Shown piece by piece: positions 28,396-38,400 of a stretch of DNA of 64,000 nt; position 1 is the stretch's first letter, and the number at the start of each line of letters is the position of its first letter. Under the pieces are notes generated by a model. That model was not told where the DNA came from. It did no database searches and worked only from the letters and a program-made list of their open reading frames with translations. The translations under genes were made by a program, and so were the position numbers. The stretch lies in the IMG/VR virus record IMGVR_UViG_3300025132_000024. The stretch is one strand, 5' to 3'. Source of the DNA: an uncultured virus (IMG/VR IMGVR_UViG_3300025132_000024). Lineage: Duplodnaviria > Heunggongvirae > Uroviricota > Caudoviricetes.

Positions 28396-29322
28396 ATGAG
28401 CAAATTTGCTATAATCACATTATTAGAATCATTCTTAGGTACTGGTAAAGTTAATTCAAATGACAATGTAGCATTTCACTGTCCATTTTGTAATCATCAT
28501 AAAAAGAAATTAGAAGTAAATGTATCATCTCAACGTTGGCATTGTTGGGTATGTAACGCTAGTGGTAGAAAAATTGCAATACTAGCTCGTAAATTAAAAG
28601 TTGATAGATTAAAAATTTCGAAACTCATTCAGTTAACAAATGATATAGATCATTTACCGAATCGTACTACAACTGATACGCCGGTAGTTAGTTTGCCTGC
28701 AGAATTTAGGCCATTATGGCATTTCGATAAAGGATCGCCGGAATATAGAAATGCAGTATTTTATTTAAGAAATAGAAATATCGATATATATGATATTTTA
28801 AAATATAGAATAGGTTATGCTGATAAGGGAGTATATTCCGGAAAAATTATTATTCCTAGTTTTGATGCAAACGGCAATTTAAATTATTTTGTATCTAGAG
28901 CGTATTATAAAGAAGATTTACAAAAACACCGCAATCCAAACATATCGAAAGATATAATAGGTTTTGAGTTACATGTTAATTGGAACATGCCAATTGTATT
29001 AGTAGAAGGCGCATTTGATGCTATAGCTATTAAAAGAAATGCAATACCATTATTTGGTAAAACCATTTCAAATACATTAAAGAAAAGAATAGTTGAACGT
29101 AATGTGAAATCAATTTATATCTGTTTAGATAATGATGCTAAGAAACAAGCTATAGAAGCAGCAGATTATTTCATTTCAAATGGTATAGATGTACATTTAG
29201 TAGATTTGCCAGAATCAGATCCTAGTGAGTTAGGATTTAAAAAGATACAAAATATGATAGATAGCACTTATAAGCTTTCTCAGGAGAAATTAATGCAAGA
29301 AAAGATTTTATGCAGTTTATAG
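28396..29322 (+). CDS. DNA primase (Zn finger + TOPRIM)
   Basis: CPFC..H...WHCWVC zinc finger; LVEGAFDA and ICLDNDA TOPRIM motifs. Confidence 0.9.
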   Translation: MSKFAIITLLESFLGTGKVNSNDNVAFHCPFCNHHKKKLEVNVSSQRWHCWVCNASGRKIAILARKLKVDRLKISKLIQLTNDIDHLPNRTTTDTPVVSLPAEFRPLWHFDKGSPEYRNAVFYLRNRNIDIYDILKYRIGYADKGVYSGKIIIPSFDANGNLNYFVSRAYYKEDLQKHRNPNISKDIIGFELHVNWNMPIVLVEGAFDAIAIKRNAIPLFGKTISNTLKKRIVERNVKSIYICLDNDAKKQAIEAADYFISNGIDVHLVDLPESDPSELGFKKIQNMIDSTYKLSQEKLMQEKILCSL

Positions 29323-32300
29323 ATATAGGAATAGATAGGATAGATAAAATATTTCATGTAGCAGATGTGCATGTAAGAAACGTTAATAGGCATAAAGAAT
29401 ATGTACATGTATTTAAACAACTATATAAACATATCAAATCTAATAAAACTAAAAATAGTATAATATATGTAGCCGGAGATATTGTACACGCTAAAACAGA
29501 TATGTCTCCTGAATTAGTATTTCAAGTATCACAATTTTTTAGAAATTTATCGAATATAGCACCTACATTAGTAATTACAGGCAATCACGATTGTAACTTA
29601 AATAATTCTAATCGTTTAGATGCCTTAAGTCCAATTGTTAAGGCATTGAATCATCCTAACTTACATTATCTCAAAGACAATGGTATATATAAGATATCTA
29701 ATGTACACTTTAATGTTATGTCAGTGTTCGAAAAGCCATTAAATTTTATTAAAGCATCTGATTTTGAAGGTGATATAAAGATAGCATTACATCATGGAGC
29801 TGTAAATTCGGCCGTAACGGATATAGGATTTCAAATATCTAATGAACATGTAACTACTGATATATTTAAAGGACATGATTTAACATTGTTGGGAGATATA
29901 CATAAACCAGCACAATTTTTAGATTCAGAAAAAAGGATAGCATATGCCGGAAGTCTAATACAACAAAATCATGGCGAAGGATTATTACACGGAATATTAG
30001 AATGGGATATACCAACATTAACAGCAAAGTTTATTGAAATTAAAAATGTATATGGATACTATACATTTGAAATAGATAAAGGCAAAATATTAAATCCTTC
30101 AAATAAAATACCGCCAAGACCGAGACTTCGTTTAAAAGTTAAAAATACAAATGCTAGTCAATTAAAAACAATTGTATCTGAAATTCGTAAACAGTATAAA
30201 GTACAAGAAATAAGTATACAAAAAATACATTCGTTAAACGAGAATGTTAATGGACAAAAAATATCATTTGGTAATGTACGAGACGTAGAATGGCAGAACA
30301 ATGTTATTTCAGAATACTTAACTGACACACATGGTCTATCTGATACAATGTTAGATGTAGTTCGTCATATAAATAGAACAGTACATTCTAAATTAACTGA
30401 TGCACAATTGACAAGAAACGTAACATGGATTCCTAAACATTTTGAATTTTCAAATATGTTTTCATACGGTGAAGATAATATTATCAATTTTGCAAATATA
30501 CATGGAACAAATGGATTATTTGCTGCTAATGCCAGTGGTAAATCAACATTATTAGATTCATTAGCATTTTGTTGTTTTGATAGATGTTCTAGAACAGTTA
30601 AAGCAGCACATGTTTTAAATAATAAAAAATCTATGTTTCATTGTAAGTTTCATTTTGAATTAGATGGTAAAGAATATTTTATAGAAAGACGCGGTAAAAA
30701 ACAAAATAATGGTCATGTAAAAGTAAATGTCGACTTTTGGAGAATGGATAGTAATGGAGATAAAGTTTTATTAAATGGCGACCAAAGAGATACAACAAAT
30801 AAAATTATTAGAAAATATATTGGATCATATGACGATTTTATTCTAACAGCACTATCATTGCAAAATAACAATACGGGTTTTATTGATAAGTCACAACGAG
30901 AACGTAAAGAATTACTAACTCAATTTTTAGATATAGATGTGTTTGAAAAACAGTATCAAATTGCAGCCGAAGATATTAGAGATACATCTGCACTAATAAG
31001 AGAATATAAACGTAATGATTACGCAACGACATTATCTGAATCAGAAAAAAATATAGATCAGTTAACTCCTACATATAAAAAAATGAAAAAAGAGAAGACA
31101 AAACTATCTAATATATTTAATGATTTAAATGATATAATAGTAGGATTGACGTCAGAATTAAAAACTATATCAGAAGATGTCATATCAATTGAGGATGCAC
31201 AGAATAAAATAGACGAGTTAAAAAATGCAGAACAATATTTAATACAACACTTAAATAATCAAAAAAACGACATAACACGTATTGAAAATAATAAGATTAA
31301 TATCGAAAAAGATTTACAAGATTATAATATAAATGAAATTGAATCTGATATACAAAAAATAGAGTTATCATATACAAGGATAAATGATATAGAAAATAAA
31401 AAACAAATATTGGATAGTAAAATATCGCATGCTCAAAAAATGGTTGATAAATTAGATGAACATAAATGGGATCCTAATTGTAAATTTTGTATTGATAATC
31501 CATGGTTAAAAGATACAAAAAAGGCCGTTAATCAATTACCTCAATTACAAAATACTTTATTTGAATTAAATGCAAAAAAATCTGATTATGAGCAATTTTT
31601 AAATCAGTGTAGTGCATATGATGATCAAGAAAATTATAATGAACTAAATAATAAATTAAAAATATATGATAATGATATCTTAAATATTAATAAAGATATC
31701 GAGTCAATAAAATCAAAAAAAGATTTAAATGATACATTATTAGAAAATGCAAATAAAAAATATAATGAATCTAAACAACATGAAAAAGATTTGAAATTTA
31801 ATTTTCAAAAACAAAAAGATATAGATGATATTATATTAGAACGAGATGATATATCTAATCAAATAAAACAATTAGATAATAATATACAATCTATAACAGG
31901 AAAGATACAGGTCGCGGAACAAAGTAAAAAAACAGCTATAGAATCTATAGAAAGATTAGCAGAATTAGAAAAACAATATAAAGGTTATGAATATTATTTG
32001 CAGTCAATAAAAAGAGACGGAGTTCCATATAAATTAATTACAAAAGCATTACCTCAAATAGAAACCGAAGTAAATAACATTTTAACTCAGATTGTAGATT
32101 TTAATATGATTTTAAAAACTGATGGTAAAAATATTAATGGCTATATAATTTATGATGATGATAATTTTTGGCCATTAGAATTAACATCGGGAATGGAAAA
32201 GTTTATATGTTCATTAGCAATAAGAACATCATTAATTAATATTACAAGTTTACCTAGACCAAACTTTTTAGCAATAGATGAGGGCTTTGGAGTATTAGAT

Positions 32301-32459
32301 TCTGAAAATATTAATAATATGTATTTGTTATTTGATTATTTAAAATCTCAATTTGGTTTTATTTTATGTATATCACATATCGATACAATGAGAGACGTTG
32401 TTGATAAACTTATTGAAATCAAAAAGTCTAACGGATATTCTAAAATAAATTATTCCTAA
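29310..32459 (+). CDS. fused Mre11/SbcD nuclease - Rad50/SbcC ATPase (gp47-gp46-like)
   Basis: ADVH, AGD, GNHD, HHG and GDIH phosphoesterase motifs; Walker A ANASGKST, coiled coil with CKFC hook, TSGME signature, IDEGFG Walker B, ISH. Confidence 0.9.
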   Translation: MQFIDIGIDRIDKIFHVADVHVRNVNRHKEYVHVFKQLYKHIKSNKTKNSIIYVAGDIVHAKTDMSPELVFQVSQFFRNLSNIAPTLVITGNHDCNLNNSNRLDALSPIVKALNHPNLHYLKDNGIYKISNVHFNVMSVFEKPLNFIKASDFEGDIKIALHHGAVNSAVTDIGFQISNEHVTTDIFKGHDLTLLGDIHKPAQFLDSEKRIAYAGSLIQQNHGEGLLHGILEWDIPTLTAKFIEIKNVYGYYTFEIDKGKILNPSNKIPPRPRLRLKVKNTNASQLKTIVSEIRKQYKVQEISIQKIHSLNENVNGQKISFGNVRDVEWQNNVISEYLTDTHGLSDTMLDVVRHINRTVHSKLTDAQLTRNVTWIPKHFEFSNMFSYGEDNIINFANIHGTNGLFAANASGKSTLLDSLAFCCFDRCSRTVKAAHVLNNKKSMFHCKFHFELDGKEYFIERRGKKQNNGHVKVNVDFWRMDSNGDKVLLNGDQRDTTNKIIRKYIGSYDDFILTALSLQNNNTGFIDKSQRERKELLTQFLDIDVFEKQYQIAAEDIRDTSALIREYKRNDYATTLSESEKNIDQLTPTYKKMKKEKTKLSNIFNDLNDIIVGLTSELKTISEDVISIEDAQNKIDELKNAEQYLIQHLNNQKNDITRIENNKINIEKDLQDYNINEIESDIQKIELSYTRINDIENKKQILDSKISHAQKMVDKLDEHKWDPNCKFCIDNPWLKDTKKAVNQLPQLQNTLFELNAKKSDYEQFLNQCSAYDDQENYNELNNKLKIYDNDILNINKDIESIKSKKDLNDTLLENANKKYNESKQHEKDLKFNFQKQKDIDDIILERDDISNQIKQLDNNIQSITGKIQVAEQSKKTAIESIERLAELEKQYKGYEYYLQSIKRDGVPYKLITKALPQIETEVNNILTQIVDFNMILKTDGKNINGYIIYDDDNFWPLELTSGMEKFICSLAIRTSLINITSLPRPNFLAIDEGFGVLDSENINNMYLLFDYLKSQFGFILCISHIDTMRDVVDKLIEIKKSNGYSKINYS

Positions 32460-32480
32460 TATTTATTAAAAAGGAACGTT

Positions 32481-35400
32481 GTGCCTATACGCAAAAAAGC
32501 TGAACTACTTAATTTACAAAATTTAGAGTATATAAAAATCGATGATTCGCTACTAAGTAGTGAATTATTTGATATTATAGACTTTCCGGAAAAATTAACC
32601 GCGGGTAAAAATCTTTTTAAGATACGAATGCAAAACGGCCGATTTGTCGATGGTAGCGAAGTTTATATTGATGTAGTTGATTTTAATGGCAATGCAATAT
32701 ATTATGAACCATTAAAATATGTAGAAAAGGATGGGACACGTGTTATATCTATTTATGTATATCCAGATACCCCACCCGGTCCGGCACGAGTATTTATTGC
32801 AGGAAGATTAGCAATTGATGATGATGGGCAAGTTATTGAATTTTCTACTGATCCCAATGCATCTAATTTTAGAAATATACCAAATGCTTTATGGTCACGA
32901 TCTGTGCCAGTGGCACCCTCAGCATTTAATACATCAGAAATAATATTTACAAAACAGCCATCATTAACTATAACAGAAATTGTACAGCCATTTAGACAGC
33001 CCGTAACTATAGACTCTATTTTTACAAATCAAACAAGACCTAATAGTTCAGTAGAAGTGATTGCTGCTACTACTACACAAAATAATAATACGGCAGTGAG
33101 TGATGGTACTAGAACAGTCACCGGCGGTTCTTTAAGTGGCAATAGTCCTTCACGAAATCAAGGAACTGCTATCGTCAATAATAGTGGTACTAATAATACT
33201 GTAGCTGCAACAGCCGGCAAACAAACAACTTCAGCTACTGTACAAGTTGTAAGTGGATTCTCCGTTTTAAAAACTACTAATTTCCCTTTATCAGCTTCAA
33301 TGCAAGGAGGACAACTTACTATTGTTAATCCTTTAATATCTGTACCCCAAAATACAGTATTAAATGCAGCCGGACAAGTTCTTCCAAATTCACAAGCAGA
33401 TGACTTTGCAAAAGTTATCGCAGCTGGGAGTAATTTTACGCCAGCAGCAGGAAATCGTCCTTTAAGTGGATCGTATGTATTTCATATCGATACTGTACTA
33501 AATAAATCAACAGCCAGAATATCACAAATATCCGGATTTGCAAATCAATCTGATAATACATTCGGAGCTTTTTCAGTTAAAGTTACTAAAAAAGATATAT
33601 TTGGATTTTTATTACTACAAGAAACAGTTTCAAAAATTGAGGCGGCAACAAACGTAACTGCTAGTTTCGTTAAGCCAGCAGAGACAATATTAACAGAAAA
33701 TTCGGCAAGTTTTGCAGATATAATAATAGCAGATACAGAGCCCGAAACAGGGGATGTATATAGAATAAAAACTTTATTTAAACCTAGTGGCCAATTCGGA
33801 GATTTTTTAGATTTAGGAGATACGATATTAGAACAACAAAATATTTTAATAGATGAAACATCGTTAGAGACAAATGTAGTTGTAGGTTCATTTTACGAAA
33901 ATTTCGGCCAGTTCGAATCATTACAAGAAATACAAAAATATTGGTCATCGAGTGTAGCAGGTGGAATATCTACAAATGCGCTAGCACCAGAATATAACGT
34001 AGATGATTTGATAGGAGGAGTTTCATTAGTCACCGATTGGAATAATAATACTAATCAATTTACTTCAGTTAAGGGTGATGCAGCAATATTCCAGATTAAA
34101 GATCAATATAAGCCTAAAATTTATCCTAATACAACATATGTAGTAAGATTTAAAGCAACAGTACCATCCGCGGTAAGTAATTATATAAGTAATGATTCTA
34201 ATATTCCAGATCCTAGATTAGATTTATATATTAATAATGATATTGTTCCAGATAATCCAGTAACAGAAATATTAATAGGCGACATGAACGTGCCAGCGAC
34301 ATTCCAAAAAAGTTTACAAGATCCACCTTTTAACAACGGCAGTGATTTTGGTACACGCGTTGGATCTGTATTTGCTAGTAGAAATGCAGTTGGTAACATT
34401 GCAACAGTTGAATTACGATTCAAAGCACAATCAGAAGAAAATTTAGATATAAGATTTGTATTAAGAACAGGATTATTTATTATCTCGGATATTGAAGTAT
34501 TGGCTGATCGTGAAACGGGTTATACACCTAACTATGTACGAATTGCAAAACGTGTTCCGATGGAGCATATGCATACGCCATTAAGTTTTAAATTTCAATA
34601 TTTTGATATTAGAGGTAATAAAGCAGATTTAGAAACAGTTGCATTTGGAGCTGTATTTGACGGAGATAATAGTTATATTCAAGGCACAAGTAATCTATTA
34701 ACAGGATCTTTATTTATAGGAAATCAGGTTGCTTCTGGTATAGAGATGGGAGGATTGAACTCAGGATTTATTAGATCTGTTGGATACGAAGGATTAAATA
34801 AAGCAATAGATGGAACAGGCCCAGGAGGATTTTTATTATATTCTGGATCTGGCCAAATGCAAATTGGTGATAATATAGAAGAGGGCGTCGGACTACAATT
34901 AGTAGGAGATAATGATAGTAGTCATTTAATTTTTACGACTCGTAATGGAGGATCGATTGATATAAAAGCTGAGAAGTTTTTTATAGGTACTAATGATACA
35001 CAGTTTATATCAGGTTCAGAAGGCAACATAGAAATTAGTTCGTCACTATTTCATTTAGATCCTCAAAACGATTTACTTGTTATAGGGGCTGATGCAGTTA
35101 TTAATGCTGATTTAACTGTTAATAGTTTAAGAACTCCAGCCACGATAGGAGGTTCGCCATCTACTACAGAAAATGCTTCTTCATCAATAGACTCTGATGG
35201 ATTTGCTAAATTTGCTTCGGCATCCATCGCAGGCTTCGAAGTAGTTTCTGATGAAATAAGATCTGCAAATGAAGCATTGAGATTAAAAGCAAGTGGTGAT
35301 ATAACTGCATCTAGAGTATTATTAGAAGGCGGTACTATTACTTCTGGCGTAACTATATTAGGATCGTTATCTGCAAATAGTATTTTAACTCCTGCTACTA

Positions 35401-38400
35401 TTAACGGAAGTCCGGCAACGCCACAAAACGCATCATCATCTATTTCAGATAACGGATTAGCTATATTTAGATCTGCTTCAATAGCAGGATTTGTAGTTAA
35501 TACAGAAGAAATAAAATCATCAAATGAAAGTTTAAGATTAAAAGCCGAAGGACAAATAACAGGATCAAATGTTTCATTTAGTGGTGGTAAAATTGCAAAT
35601 TGGAATATAATAGGCAATACACTTTCAAGTGTCAATACTTCTAATAAAGGTATAATATTGAATGCAGATCCATCATCTCCAACTATTGAGGTTAGAGAGG
35701 ATGATAACAATCGTATACGAATATTCCATACTACTAGTAATAATTTTGGTATAATAGGAACACAAGGAGGTAATAATGTGTTCTTATTAGGAGATCCTGG
35801 CGGCAATGGAAATAAAATTTCATCATGGGCATTTAATGATAAAAGATTATCATCTTTTAAAACTTCCACTCAAGATAAATTTGGTATTAGTATTGATGCT
35901 GATTATCAATTATTAACATTTCATGGAGATGCAGGACAGGGCAAGAATAATATAGGTGATAATGATAGAGATAATGTAATGCTTGCGATTGGACAACTTA
36001 CTGATGATATATTTGGTATCAAAGGTTTTAATACCGCAGGAACTAGAATATTTGAATTATCACCAACACGAAATGAAATTGCAGGCTGGACCTTTGATAA
36101 TCAAAAATTATCCAGCGGTAATATAATTATAGATTCTGCAGGTAGTATTCAAACTGCCGATTATGCATCTGATTTAAAAGGATGGAAGATATCAGCAGAA
36201 CATAATGGATTCTTAGAAGTCGAAAATGCTAAAATAAGAGGAACATTAGCTACCGCGGTATTTGAAAAAGAAACTGTCAATGCAGTCGGTGGACAATTAT
36301 ATGTCGCGAATTCAACAACTTTAACTGCGTCAGCTGATACGCCATCCGGTAATTATCTTCCTACTGACGCAACCATGTCTGTAGTAAATGTATCTGGATT
36401 CAGCGCTGACGAAATATTATCTTTGAAAAAAGTATCAGCAACAGGATTTAGTACAGAGTATGTTAAAGTTGTATCATCATCTAGACAAGACCCATCAAGT
36501 GATACAGATCTTTCAGGACAGTTATTTTTAATTAGAGGATATGGAGCAACATTTACAGCTGGCCCATCCGCATCATTAGGAGATACTCCGGCCGGGGCAC
36601 AGTCTTATAGCGGATCTCAGGTTATAGTTTCAACAGGAAAAATAGGTACTGGATTCATAAGATTAAATGCTAATCCAAATAATTTAGCAACGCCATATAT
36701 GGATATTGTTGAAAGAACAGGAAGTGGAGTTTATGATGTAGACTTAAAAGTGCGATTAGGAGACCTTAAAGGATTAGCAAATTCGTCATATGTATTTGGG
36801 AATTCAAATCCGGGATTTGGATTAGCAACTGATAATGTATTTCTACAAGGAGGCATTATAGCAAATACAGGTTCAATAGGCGGCGTAAAAATGGAATCTA
36901 GCAAATTATTTATTGGTGCCGGTAACCATGCTAATTCAGATACTGGATTTTTTGTGGATTCTGGATCTAATTTTTCATTAGGAGATAGATTAGTTTGGGA
37001 TGGCTCATCATTAACAGTTAGAGGCCAATTAAGATTAGAATCCGGAACAAGTGTCGACCAAGCAATAAATGAGGCAACAGCGTCTAATACAGCAAAGTCA
37101 TTAATATTAACTGCAGATTCTCAAGTAATGACATTTGCATCGGCATCTGCAACAAATGCTATTCCTAATAAAATAATATTTAGTATTGCTCAACAAAATT
37201 TAACTGGTAGTATTTCTGCTAGTAATGTTACTATAACAACAAATCAAAGTACTTCGGTAACTAATTTTACATTTGATACCGGTAGTATAACAACTAACTC
37301 CGCAGGATTGTTTAGTGGAATAGTTTCTGGTAGTTTAACTTTTACCGGTAATTTAAATGCCGGCGGGTTGGCATCTGATAAAGATAATTTTCCTGTAACT
37401 ATTAATGTCTCCGGCGATGGATTTACAGACCAAACTACTATATTCAAATTAGAAGGCGGAAGTTCAGGTTCTGATGGAACCGACGGCTCGCCAGGAACCG
37501 ATGGCCAAGATGGACAGCCATCCATTAATGGATTTTTAACTAATGAATCTCATACATTTGTAGCAAATCAAAATGGTACTGTTACAAGTTTTGCAGAAGG
37601 TAGTTCATCTATGTTTGTATTTGTAGGATTAACAAATTCAACAGGAAGCTTTTCATATTCAAGAACTAATAGTACTGGAGTATCATCAGCATTAGGCGGG
37701 CCTGCGGGTAATGTTTTAGCTATTTCAGCAATGGCACATGATTCAGGCTCGATCAATATTACAGCAACAAGCGCAAGTATTAGTATAACAAAAACAATGA
37801 CACTTGCTAAATCTAGACAGGGAGCGAGTGGTAGTGATGGATCTGATGGAGCACCAGGTAGTCCAGGCGCAACCGGCCCTATAGGACCTAATTTTGATTT
37901 CTTATCTGGATCATTATCAACTATCGATACGACAGGAGGATTACAGCCTGGATTGATTATGACATCGACTGTATTTGGATTCCACGGAGCAATTGCTCAA
38001 GGCGATGGTACAAATGCGACATTGGGCGATTTTACATCGTATTTAGATCATAGTGGTAGCTTTTATTTAGGTGGAGGTGAAAGTGGTGCATCAACACCTG
38101 ATGGCGGATATTTTGCTTGGAATAATGATGAAAAATCTTTATTAATAAGTGGATCTAAAGCAGAAGTCAAAGTAGATAAGTTTTTTGTAGGAAATGATCA
38201 AAGTGCATTTTTAAGTGGTTCAAATGGAAATATAGAGATATCATCTTCCAAATTTCATATAACAAGAGCTGGAGATGCTATAGTTAGAAAGATTAATGCA
38301 ACAGAAGGATCAGTCGGAGGATTTGATATAGCTTCATCTAGAATAGAAGGCAATGATGTAAGTAATTTTACCGTTACAGTAACAGCTGACGGCAGTCAAG

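Noticed and set aside
33909..33920. GTTCGAATC resembling a tRNA T-loop
   Set aside because: Inside a long CDS with no cloverleaf around it.
35063..35869. 268-aa minus-strand ORF
   Set aside because: Antisense shadow of the repetitive 2674-aa gene; no start signals or recognisable motifs.
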